A DNA stretch of 64,000 nucleotides from Candidatus Krumholzibacteriota bacterium (GTDB lineage: Bacteria; Krumholzibacteriota; Krumholzibacteriia; JAJRXK01): the NCBI GenBank assembly GCA_963727455.1, contig CAVSGG010000017.1, forward strand, positions 96,001 to 160,000. Reading direction: 5' to 3'. Shown here piece by piece: positions 1-8,866 of this stretch. The notes under the pieces were generated by a model. The model saw nothing but the letters and a program-made list of their open reading frames with translations, was not told where the DNA came from and ran no database searches. A program made the position numbers and the translations under genes. Position 1 is the first letter of the stretch. Each line of letters starts with the position of its first letter.

Positions 1-2
1 CG

Positions 3-620
3 CGAATCGGCGTTCTCGCTCTGCAAGGAGATTTTGCCGCCCATCTTCAACTGTTGAAGGAGATGGGGGTCGAGGCGACCACGGTGCGGCGTCGCGAAGA
101 GCTAGGGGAACTCTCAGGATTGATCATCCCCGGCGGCGAGAGCACCACACTCGTCAAGTTGCTTCACGCCAACGATCTCATCCAGCCCATTGAGGAATTC
201 GCAAGAGAACACAGTGTCATGGGCACTTGTGCAGGCGCGATTCTGATGGCCACCGAGCTCGAGGATTCCGGGGGTGTGCGGCCGTTGGGCCTTCTGGACA
301 TGACCGTGCGCCGCAATGGCTTCGGACGACAGATCGATTCCTTCGAAGACAGAATCACCGTCACCTGCGAGTTCGAGGGGCCGGCGCCCCGAGGGGGGAT
401 CTTCATCCGCGCTCCCCGGATTCTGCGCGTGGGGAGTGGGGTGGAGGTGATCGCAGTTTACCGGCAGGAGCCGGTGGCGGTGCGCTCGCGGGGAGGCTCT
501 CCACAGCATCTTGCCCTCACCTTTCATCCTGAATTACATGGAGTTAGCTCGTGGCATCAGTTGTGGCTTGCGACGAGCATTGCAAAAAGAGAAACAGTAT
601 CTGAATCTCCGCTTCCTTGA
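3..620 (+). CDS. pdxT: Pyridoxal 5'-phosphate synthase glutaminase subunit (5'-truncated by window edge)
   Basis: Frame is open from position 3 (RIGVLALQGDF). Motifs IIPGGEST, GTCAG (catalytic Cys), RNGFGRQIDSF, FIRAP and FHPE are present. Confidence 0.95.
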   Translation, partial: RIGVLALQGDFAAHLQLLKEMGVEATTVRRREELGELSGLIIPGGESTTLVKLLHANDLIQPIEEFAREHSVMGTCAGAILMATELEDSGGVRPLGLLDMTVRRNGFGRQIDSFEDRITVTCEFEGPAPRGGIFIRAPRILRVGSGVEVIAVYRQEPVAVRSRGGSPQHLALTFHPELHGVSSWHQLWLATSIAKRETVSESPLP

Positions 621-666
621 ATTTCGTCCAGTACCGAACCGCCAGATGGGCTCAAAATCGGGTCTC

Positions 667-696
667 TTGCCCTCTTGCGCCCATTTCTGATACACT
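667..696 (+). promoter_or_regulatory. Putative sigma70 promoter (TTGCCC ... extended -10 TGaTACACT)
   Basis: TG-n-TACACT at 688-696, upstream of AGGAG RBS and ATG 772. Confidence 0.45.
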
Positions 697-771
697 GGCA
701 GAGTCCATAGTCACAGGCTCCCTCACCTGGATCACACGACCTGTACGCCGGACAACCCGATAGGAGAGAGA

Positions 772-1467
772 ATGTCCCAACGCTATCGCATCTTGTTTTT
801 GTCCCTCATGGTGTTGGCGATCGCAGCGCTTAGCACAGCTGCGTTCGCCGATCCCTGTCTCACGGTCTATCCCACTGGTCCCACGGTCTATCATTACGAC
901 ATGAACGAATATTATGTCGTGGGACCGGGCGATCCTCTGTACGACCCGATGTACGACCGTGGTGGCTACGTACTCATCGATTCCAATACGATGGACATCG
1001 ATATGAGCATCTACCAAGCGCCGAACCTCGTGGGCTTCGCGCCTAGCACCGACGGGATGGATGGTTATTTCTTCGAGGGCTACAGCTTTCAGCTCGTCAT
1101 CGATGGATTCAGTCACACGCCCACGACCTATGAGAACATCATTCTCGTCATCAATCCTCTGCCGGCTTCGTGTCCTCCCATGGTCACGGTCGACGGAAAC
1201 GCGGTGACGGGCGGTACCTATCCCCTCGGGAGCCTCGCGGTGAGCACGCCAACCGCCGAGGGTAACAACTACTCTGACACCATGGTGCTCGATGTCACCT
1301 GGGCCCAGTGCGCCGAGATGCAGTTTTGGGCCTACGATGATGAAAACTACAACGGCATGAAAGACGGCGGCGAGTGCTTCAGTGCCTTCTCGCACGACAC
1401 CACCGTACCCACGTCTCGCGTTTCGATCGGAACGATCAAGGCGCAGTACGGGGGCGCTGGGCAATAG
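772..1467 (+). CDS. Secreted hypothetical protein with conserved C-terminal VPT..SxGxIKAxY tail
   Basis: AGGAG RBS; Sec signal ending AAFA-D; acidic, Tyr/Gly-rich mature part; ends VPTSRVSIGTIKAQYGGAGQ. Confidence 0.85.
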   Translation: MSQRYRILFLSLMVLAIAALSTAAFADPCLTVYPTGPTVYHYDMNEYYVVGPGDPLYDPMYDRGGYVLIDSNTMDIDMSIYQAPNLVGFAPSTDGMDGYFFEGYSFQLVIDGFSHTPTTYENIILVINPLPASCPPMVTVDGNAVTGGTYPLGSLAVSTPTAEGNNYSDTMVLDVTWAQCAEMQFWAYDDENYNGMKDGGECFSAFSHDTTVPTSRVSIGTIKAQYGGAGQ

Positions 1468-2446
1468 CGGGGGCCTCGCGTTCCGCCGCTTTCATGAGCT
1501 CTTGGAACGACCGCAAGGTTGTACGGGCCGTGACGGTTATTCTGGCAAGATGCCAGGTGCTGTCGCGGCCCGGCTCGTTTGTGCCCGCCGCCAGGCTCAG
1601 ACTTCCGTGGTAGCCCTCGCGGGCGGCCAGGGAATCGAGCGGTGAAGAGGCCCATCCGTAGGGCCAAGCCAGCCATTTCGCGGGATGACCCAGGTGCCTC
1701 TGCAAGCTGTGAGTGGACCTGCGCAGGTCCAGGCTCACGAAGAGTTTGCCTTGGCGTAGAGGCGGGCCCTCGTAGGGAACCTCGTGCAGGAACACCGGCT
1801 GCATCTTGCCGTTTGGACCCTTGACCTTGTAGTGCATGTCATCGGAGTGACTCTCGACTCTGAAGACACCCGTTCTTTCCAGGCTTCGGAGCTGACTCCA
1901 ATCGAGGGAACGCACTTCCTTCCATTCCTCCCCGACTTTCGAAGTGACCACCATGATGGTGGCCTTCATTCCGTAGCGCTTTAGGACGGGATAGGCGTAG
2001 CGGAGGATGCTTACATCTCCGTCGTCGAAGGTGATGACGATCGGCTTCGGTGGACCCATCTCCTTGCCCGCGAGAATTCTCTCGAGCTCGTCCAGGCCGA
2101 TAGTGGTGTAGCCATTGTCCGCGAGCCATTTCATGTGCCGCGCGAACAGCTCCGCTGGCGTGGTCCAATACTCGCGCTCTTTGATGGTGGGAAGGTTGAA
2201 GAGCACGGCACCCAGAACGCGCATGAGATAGACTGGACCCGTGCCTCCGCGCAGATAGTGATAGCAGAGAATGGGCACGCCCCCCGCGCGGAATTTGGCC
2301 GGGTCGAGATCGATCTTGGCTGGCTCCTCGATCTCCAGGTAATCAGCGCGGGAGCCATAATCCTGGTAGGTCGCGTAGTACTGGCGCCACACCACCAGCG
2401 AGGGGATGGTCAAGAGGAAGAGGGCGATGAGGAGGAGCCGGCGCAT
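1436..2446 (-). CDS. Polysaccharide deacetylase (CE4, PgaB/IcaB-like), N-terminally anchored
   Basis: PILCYH, ITFDDG, SHSDDMH and AWPYG motifs; last gene of the pga-like operon. Confidence 0.88.
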   Translation of the reverse strand: MRRLLLIALFLLTIPSLVVWRQYYATYQDYGSRADYLEIEEPAKIDLDPAKFRAGGVPILCYHYLRGGTGPVYLMRVLGAVLFNLPTIKEREYWTTPAELFARHMKWLADNGYTTIGLDELERILAGKEMGPPKPIVITFDDGDVSILRYAYPVLKRYGMKATIMVVTSKVGEEWKEVRSLDWSQLRSLERTGVFRVESHSDDMHYKVKGPNGKMQPVFLHEVPYEGPPLRQGKLFVSLDLRRSTHSLQRHLGHPAKWLAWPYGWASSPLDSLAAREGYHGSLSLAAGTNEPGRDSTWHLARITVTARTTLRSFQELMKAAEREAPAIAQRPRTAP

Positions 2447-2452
2447 GGGTGT

Positions 2453-4036
2453 TCAGAATTTGGTGTGCAGGGCGAGGGCGGCGAATTTCCGCGTATAGCC
2501 TCCCGCCGAGGACAGCTTGCTGTCACTGCTCCCCGCCGAGAGCTCAAGACGCCAGCGCGAAGCAATCCGCCAGCTGAGATCGGCGCTTCCGCTGAAGACT
2601 CCGTAGTCCTCCTCGTCGGCCCACTCGTGGCCCAGCCCGGCTTCCAAGCCCATGCTGAGGCGCGGATCGATCTCGCCCTCCAGTCTTGCCGACGCGCGCG
2701 CATTGAAGAAGTCGCTGGGATTCCAGTAACCCCGGTCGCTGAGATGTGAGAATCGGAAGGCGGTCAGGGAGGGATTGAGAGTCAGTCGCCAACTTCGCCC
2801 GCGGCTGAAGGCCAAGCCCGAGGAGAGGTAGCTGCGCCCGTTGCCATCGCTGTAATCGGAGTATTGAAGCAGCGCACTCCATACGAGATTCGTCCGCAAA
2901 TTCCAGTCGGCACTCGCCGCAAAACTGGTGACCGCGATCTCCTCGCTCAAGGCACGTGGCGTGTCGACGAAGTTACGATTCGTGGATAGATCCACCCGCC
3001 AGCGAGTCTCCGCCCACCAGGTGAACCAGGCATCCCAAGCCAGCAGGAAGTAGTCGACCTTGTCCGGCGCACCGTTCACCACCGGGGCATCACTGCTGAA
3101 CTTCAGGGCAGAGAGATAGGCGTGAATCTGTGTGGCGGGCGAAGGACGCGCGCCACCACCAAGCACAAGGCCCAAGTGGTCGATATCGGGTTGACCGTCC
3201 TGCCAAAAACGTCCCTGCCGTGCCGCGATCCTCAGATCCTGCCAGCGCGGGGTGGACGATTCGTACGCCAACTCGTTGCTCAGTATCTTCAACTCGTCGC
3301 TGTCCTTGGTGACACGGCTCCTCGCGACGAGCTCGGGGTGCTCAGACGAAAGGATGCGCTGGCGCAGAGCTTCCGCATCGGGGTTTGCCCTCAAAGGGGC
3401 GAGAGCAGCGAGCGCCAGATGCAGTTCATCGGCCCAGGCCCAACTTTGCGCCAGGCCCAGGCGGGCCTCCGTGCTTTCGGGATGGTCGTCGAGAATCCGT
3501 TGGAAGTTACGCGCCGCCTGCCGATTGCGTCCCATCCAGCTCAGACTTCTGGCTTCTCCTAGGCGCGCCTCCAGTAGCCCGGGATGTCCCACCAGGATTC
3601 GCCGGTACTCTTGCCAGGCCCTCCGGTTCTGGTCGGTCCAGTTGAGGGCCCGGGCGTATCCGATACGGGCGTCCACCTCGCCCGGCTCCGTCTCGAGCCG
3701 CCTCTCGAACCAGGGAATCGCCTTCTGCGGCTCGTCATTCCAGTTGTACTGATGCCCCAGCTCGTCGGCGTAGAGCGGAACCAGGGAGGGATCCAGCTCG
3801 AAGGCCTTCAAGTAAGCCTGGATTGCTTCGGGGTGGTGGTCGGCAGCAGCGTACTCGCGGGCCTGCGCGAGAGACCGGAGAGCGGAACTGTGAGCCTGCT
3901 CGGGAGGCGCCGCGACTGGCGCTGGCGCAGCGAGCGTCGCACCGACGACGCCCCCCGGAGCAAGCGTGCCTCCAAGCAGCCCGGCCAAAAGCACGAGCTG
4001 AAAGGACCAGGAGTGCCCCAACCGCCTTCTAGACAT
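2453..4036 (-). CDS. TPR plus outer-membrane beta-barrel export protein (PgaA-like)
   Basis: Signal peptide, TPR repeats (ARIGYARALNW, ARLGEARSLSW, ARLGLAQSWAW), amphipathic beta-strands and terminal Phe (HTKF). ATG at 4036 overlaps the pgaC 3' end. Confidence 0.75.
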   Translation of the reverse strand: MSRRRLGHSWSFQLVLLAGLLGGTLAPGGVVGATLAAPAPVAAPPEQAHSSALRSLAQAREYAAADHHPEAIQAYLKAFELDPSLVPLYADELGHQYNWNDEPQKAIPWFERRLETEPGEVDARIGYARALNWTDQNRRAWQEYRRILVGHPGLLEARLGEARSLSWMGRNRQAARNFQRILDDHPESTEARLGLAQSWAWADELHLALAALAPLRANPDAEALRQRILSSEHPELVARSRVTKDSDELKILSNELAYESSTPRWQDLRIAARQGRFWQDGQPDIDHLGLVLGGGARPSPATQIHAYLSALKFSSDAPVVNGAPDKVDYFLLAWDAWFTWWAETRWRVDLSTNRNFVDTPRALSEEIAVTSFAASADWNLRTNLVWSALLQYSDYSDGNGRSYLSSGLAFSRGRSWRLTLNPSLTAFRFSHLSDRGYWNPSDFFNARASARLEGEIDPRLSMGLEAGLGHEWADEEDYGVFSGSADLSWRIASRWRLELSAGSSDSKLSSAGGYTRKFAALALHTKF

Positions 4037-5291
4037 CACGCACCGGTGTCCAGCGTGTGACACCGTCCCCACCCCCTCTCCCAAAGAAGGCACGGGGAGT
4101 CGTCCAGGTCGTGACCACCGCGAGGATCATCCAGTAGATGATCGGATAGAGCACTGCTACGGCGAAGTATCGACCGATACGGGGGTCGTAGCGGCGATCG
4201 AGGAGCACGCCGGTCAAGAGTTGCAAGAGGCATACCGTTCCGATCAACATGCCCCACCAATTCGGCACGGGAGAGGCTCCGACCGGGGGGTATCCCGCCA
4301 TGTAGGACAGGGTCCAGAGCACGACCATCCAGGTGTAGGTGTAGGCCCAAGTGATCGAGAGTGTGCTCTCGGCCAGCACCGGCCAGAGACGGCGGTGCTT
4401 CCACTGCAGGACCGTGCCGCCGTGCCGTCTCAGGACCTGCGCCAGTCCCAGGGCCCAGCGCGAACGCTGTTTCCAGAGGCCCTTCAAGTTGCGTGGAACC
4501 TTCATCCAGACGATCGCCCGCGGCTCGTAGCGCACGTCCCAATGGTGCAGCTGCAGCTTCCAAGTGAGATCGATGTCCTCGGTGGCCATGTCGGGGCTGT
4601 ACATCCCAGCATCCAGAATCGCCGCGCGATGAAAGGCCCCCACGACGCCGCTCATGGTCAGGATTCTGCCCCAGATTCGCTGCGCCCGTCTCTGCAGGGA
4701 AATGATGGAGGTGAACTCGATCGCCTCGAGCTTGGCCAGGAAAGTCTTGCGATTCTCGACTCTGGGATTCCCGGTTACTCCTCCGACGCGGGGAGACTTG
4801 AAGTGGGGCACGATCATGCGCAGAAGTTGAGGCTCGGGAGTGGCGTCGGCGTCCATCACCACCAGGATCTCGCCGCGGGCCATCCGTACCGCGTCGTTCA
4901 GCGCCATGGCCTTTCCCTCGTTGAACTTCTTGCGAAGAAGTCGAATGCGCCCCTGCCTTACCAGGGGCATGATTTTGTCGACGGTGCCATCGGTACTGCA
5001 GTCGTCGATGACGACCACCTCGAAATCGGGATAATCGACGGCGAGCATTCCTTCCAGGCTGTGCAGAATATGCTCTTCCTCATTGAAGGCGGGAATGAGG
5101 AAGCTCACCGGCGGAAAGGTCTCGAGCGTGTAGAAGTCGTCGTCGATTTCCCGCTCCCGTCGCAGAAAGTAGACTGCGCTGGTGAAGACCCACATGAGAC
5201 TGGTCAGAATCGGGTACCAGGCGAAGAAGACCAGTGCCGCCAGGTAGATCCAGTGCCTTTGAATGGCCTCGAGAATTGGCAGAAGAGTCAC
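4029..5291 (-). CDS. pgaC: Poly-beta-1,6-N-acetylglucosamine synthase (GT2)
   Basis: LIPAFNEE, DDCSTD, GKAMALN, MDAD, TED and QRSRW processive GT2 motifs; TM helices at both ends. Confidence 0.9.
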   Translation of the reverse strand: MTLLPILEAIQRHWIYLAALVFFAWYPILTSLMWVFTSAVYFLRREREIDDDFYTLETFPPVSFLIPAFNEEEHILHSLEGMLAVDYPDFEVVVIDDCSTDGTVDKIMPLVRQGRIRLLRKKFNEGKAMALNDAVRMARGEILVVMDADATPEPQLLRMIVPHFKSPRVGGVTGNPRVENRKTFLAKLEAIEFTSIISLQRRAQRIWGRILTMSGVVGAFHRAAILDAGMYSPDMATEDIDLTWKLQLHHWDVRYEPRAIVWMKVPRNLKGLWKQRSRWALGLAQVLRRHGGTVLQWKHRRLWPVLAESTLSITWAYTYTWMVVLWTLSYMAGYPPVGASPVPNWWGMLIGTVCLLQLLTGVLLDRRYDPRIGRYFAVAVLYPIIYWMILAVVTTWTTPRAFFGRGGGDGVTRWTPVRDV

Positions 5292-5677
5292 GGTCGTCCC
5301 TCCTCGGCCGGGGGAGCGGTCGCGTGGTAGCGTTTCACTCCACCATCCTGCAGGACTTCGAGTTCGACATAGTGTGCCGAGCTGAGAGGCTCCGTGCCCA
5401 TCTCCTCGATTTTCCTGCCGAGAGTGTCGTACTCCGATTCCGAGGGAGGATTACGCCGGTTCTTGCGTCTACCCTGGGCTCTTCGTGCCACCTGCAGATT
5501 GTGCCGAATCCAGAACAAGGTCACCAAGCACACGAAACCCACCGAGGCAAAGAGGATAGTCAAGGCCGACAGGGTGGCTGGATTGAGACGGCGGCGGCTC
5601 ACCAGCCACCAGTAGTAGGCAAAGAGCACCCATGCGATCAATGCGAGCGCACTTTGACTCAAAACTCTGCGCCTCAT
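5288..5677 (-). CDS. Small two-TM protein, PgaD-like
   Basis: Two TM helices followed by W-x-x-H-N and an Arg-rich stretch; stop overlaps the pgaC start; GAGG RBS. Confidence 0.6.
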   Translation of the reverse strand: MRRRVLSQSALALIAWVLFAYYWWLVSRRRLNPATLSALTILFASVGFVCLVTLFWIRHNLQVARRAQGRRKNRRNPPSESEYDTLGRKIEEMGTEPLSSAHYVELEVLQDGGVKRYHATAPPAEEGRP

Positions 5678-5913
5678 CACGCACTTCCTCTCGGTGGCCG
5701 TCTTTGCTGTCCGTCGCCCCATGGTTCCGCGGTTCGGCACCCATTGGGTGCCGCGCTTCCCGCTTCTTCCCCATGGGGGAGAGGCATTCCCCGCGAGAAG
5801 AGCGGCCGCGGGACCACGGCCTTCCTCTCGCTGAGAGAAGGTCTCACAAACTTCGGCCACCTCGGAAGATCTGCAACCCTGGGGCCAAGCGGGACATGCG
5901 GGATCCCATCTGC

Positions 5914-5942
5914 TTGACGGTTGCCGGTCACCCTTCTAACCT
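5914..5942 (+). promoter_or_regulatory. Sigma70 promoter TTGACG-17-TAACCT
   Basis: Near-consensus -35 and -10 boxes with 17-bp spacing, upstream of the M16 peptidase-alaS operon. Confidence 0.6.
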
Positions 5943-6036
5943 CTAACGGATCTTGAGCTTGGAAGGATTTGCCCGGACCCGGATATCCGCTGGACCGGCG
6001 CCGATTTCGGAATGATCGGGAACTTCGGAGGACAAC

Positions 6037-8859
6037 GTGCGCACTCTCGCTCTCAACCGCAAAGTCTTGCCCAGCATCCTCTTGGCGCTGCTGTTCAGTG
6101 CGTGCACCCAGGGCTCGAAGCTGGAGCTGCGCACCGAGCCCGCCTCCGAGCTCACTAGGCCCGCAGCCCCGCCCGACAGCAGCCTGCACGAGTATACACT
6201 AGCCAACGGGCTGACCCTGGCCGTACGAGAGGACCACCGCAGCCCCCTGGTGGCCATCGTGACGCGCGTTGGTTCAGGTTATCTGCAAGAGAGCGAATCA
6301 CAGAGCGGTTGGAGCCACCTCCTGGAACATGTGATCTTGCGGGGTACGAAGACCCATCCAGCTCCCGGGGAAGTCGATTCCCTCGTGGCGAGCATGGGTG
6401 GGGTCATCAACGGCGCCACGAACTATGACCACAGCGAGACCTTCTTGGTAGTTCCCACTGCTCAAGTCCAGCCGGCCCTGAGTTTGATGGCGGAGATTTA
6501 TCGTGAGCCTCTGCTGGATGCGCGAGTAGTGGCCCGCGAGAAGCAGGCTGTGAAAGTGGAAATCCAGCAGAAACTGGAGCAACCCGTGGCCCACGCCCGC
6601 GACCAGCTGCTGCAACTCATGTTCTCCCGGAATGCCATGGGGCGGGGACAGGGCCAGAGCTTGGCTGCCCTGGACTCCGTGGATCGAGACGCTCTTCTGG
6701 CCTTTCACGAGGAGCAGTACCGTCCATCCAATACCGTTCTCAGCATCGCGGGCGACGTCGACCCCGAGGTCATCTATTCGCAGGTGCTAGCGCTATTGGG
6801 CGAAGTACCGCGAGGTGAACTGCGACGGCATCGTGCTCCCGACGAGCCGGCACCGACCGCAGTACGCTTCAAGAGGGAATTGGGCCCCTACGATCCCAAC
6901 CTGGTCATGGTGGGTTTTCCGCTTTCGGGGACCACCGCGAAGGACTTGCCGGCGCTGCAGGTCTTGAGTCAGCTTCTGGTGAATGGAAACGCTTCGCGCA
7001 TGAAAATGCCGCTGATGGTCCAACAAGATCTCCTCGAGGGCTGTTCCTCCCGAGTCGTTCTCAATGCCAACAGCGGACTCTTCGAAGTGCTCATCCAAGC
7101 CCGGTCCAAGGCGGATGATCAAGGTCTCCGAAAACTGTTTACGGAACTGGATCGCATTCGCCGCTTCGGCGTGCTCCAGAGCGAGCTCGCAGCGGCGCGA
7201 ATGCAGCTGAAGAATCGCTGGTGGTCGCAGCGAGAAGATGTGCTCTCGATCGCGCGGATTCAAGCGGCAGAACTCGGGCCTCGCGGCCGACAATCTTCTC
7301 CCGAGAAGTGGGATGCCGTTTCGGTGAAAGACATCCAGGAAGCGATCACGCGATGGCTTCAGATTCCTCGCGCCAGCGTGGTCGAGTTGTTGAACGAAGA
7401 GTCGAGCCGGGCGAGGCCGTTCTACAAGCGGCTGGATGCGACCACCATGCAGGAGCATCTTCAGGGAGCGGTTCTAGCTGCCGCGCAGCACGCAAAGGCG
7501 CCGATCACTCCAGCGCCTCCTCCGTCCGATCATTCTCGCCTGGCGCTGGGAGGGTGGTCGAAAACCTTCGAGCATCCGAGCGACGCCGACGCGGGCATCC
7601 ATCGCTATCAGTTCGACAACGGTGCGATTCTCATCGTGGACACGACGGCAGATACCCCGGTGTGCTCGGTGAGCCTGCGCTTCAGGGGTGGGCGCGTGGC
7701 GGAAGTGCAGAACACAGCGGGACTGACCAGCTTGCTCCAGGCATTTATGCTCGGAGAAACTACTACGCGTGATGCGGTCTCCATGGCAGTCGAACTGGAC
7801 GGCCTGGGAAGTACTGTGGTGCCGACACGAGGGATGGACTCCTTCGGATTTCGCATGAACGTGCAAGGCGCGGATCTGCCCTACGCTTTCGACATCCTCT
7901 ACGACATCATCAAGAATCCGCTGCTGAATATGCAGAAGCGATACTTCAACTTGCTCAACCAGCGCGGGCGCGAACTGAAACGAGAGAGCGCGCAACTCTT
8001 CGACTCGACGAATGAGCTGGTTCGTGAGGCGGCGTGGGGTCCGAATGGGTATGGAGCACCCGAGTTGGGAACCATCCAGTCCATGCGTGGACTGAGCCCG
8101 CCTCGGATCCAGGAGTTTTACGCCGAGAACTGCAACCCGAGCAACGCGGTCATCGTGGTCGCCGGTGATCTGGATCCCGAAGATGTGCGCGAGTTTCTCG
8201 AACTCTACATGCGCGATTGGAGTGACGCCAGTGATCTCTATCCGGCCGGCGCCAAGGCGTATTTCAGCTCGGACCTCATCGGGACTCTGCCCGAGCTCGA
8301 ATCGGGCTCTACGAAGGAAGTGCATCGCCCGGATCCTCTGGCCGCTCTGCAAATCGGCTTTCCCGCGCCCAGCGAGCGCGACACACTCTCTCTGAGCTAT
8401 CGCGTGTTCTCGGCCTGGATGGAGGGTCCGGCGAGCCCCCTTCGGGCAGCGCTCGTCAAGCGGGGGTACGCGGGCCCCGTCTCCATGCACGATCAAAGAG
8501 GCGCGCTCGGGAGTCTCTTCTGCCTCTATACGGTCAGCCCATCCACAGAGCTCGAATCTGCCCAGAAGGAGCTTCTCGCTGCGGCGCGCAGCGTGGCTGA
8601 TGTCCGCTTGAGCGAGGAGCAATTCGCGCGCACTAAATCGTACTTGGAGACCTCTTTCCTCCTGAGGAGGCAGAATCTGGCCGAGCGGAGTGCTTTCCTG
8701 GCACAGCGCGAGATACTGGGTCTGAAGCTCGAGAACTTGTCCGATCACGCAGCCGATTTTGCCGCGGTGAACTTGGAGTCGGTACAATCGCTCAGCGAGA
8801 AGATTTTGCGGGGACCCTACGCGCTTGGACGGGTGAACGGCACGGTGAGCGAGAAATAG
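6037..8859 (+). CDS. M16 family zinc metallopeptidase, fused two-half form, probable lipoprotein
   Basis: Inverted zincin motif HLLEH in the N-half; YRPSNTVLSIAGD and PSNAVIVVAGD repeats; lipobox-like LFSAC. Confidence 0.88.
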   Translation: MRTLALNRKVLPSILLALLFSACTQGSKLELRTEPASELTRPAAPPDSSLHEYTLANGLTLAVREDHRSPLVAIVTRVGSGYLQESESQSGWSHLLEHVILRGTKTHPAPGEVDSLVASMGGVINGATNYDHSETFLVVPTAQVQPALSLMAEIYREPLLDARVVAREKQAVKVEIQQKLEQPVAHARDQLLQLMFSRNAMGRGQGQSLAALDSVDRDALLAFHEEQYRPSNTVLSIAGDVDPEVIYSQVLALLGEVPRGELRRHRAPDEPAPTAVRFKRELGPYDPNLVMVGFPLSGTTAKDLPALQVLSQLLVNGNASRMKMPLMVQQDLLEGCSSRVVLNANSGLFEVLIQARSKADDQGLRKLFTELDRIRRFGVLQSELAAARMQLKNRWWSQREDVLSIARIQAAELGPRGRQSSPEKWDAVSVKDIQEAITRWLQIPRASVVELLNEESSRARPFYKRLDATTMQEHLQGAVLAAAQHAKAPITPAPPPSDHSRLALGGWSKTFEHPSDADAGIHRYQFDNGAILIVDTTADTPVCSVSLRFRGGRVAEVQNTAGLTSLLQAFMLGETTTRDAVSMAVELDGLGSTVVPTRGMDSFGFRMNVQGADLPYAFDILYDIIKNPLLNMQKRYFNLLNQRGRELKRESAQLFDSTNELVREAAWGPNGYGAPELGTIQSMRGLSPPRIQEFYAENCNPSNAVIVVAGDLDPEDVREFLELYMRDWSDASDLYPAGAKAYFSSDLIGTLPELESGSTKEVHRPDPLAALQIGFPAPSERDTLSLSYRVFSAWMEGPASPLRAALVKRGYAGPVSMHDQRGALGSLFCLYTVSPSTELESAQKELLAAARSVADVRLSEEQFARTKSYLETSFLLRRQNLAERSAFLAQREILGLKLENLSDHAADFAAVNLESVQSLSEKILRGPYALGRVNGTVSEK

Positions 8860-8866
8860 GGAGAGC

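Noticed and set aside
5680-5910. Possible c-di-GMP riboswitch ahead of the pga-like operon
   Set aside because: The GEMM-I core (GCAAA...GAAA...GGGACGCAAAGC) was not found on either strand by eye.
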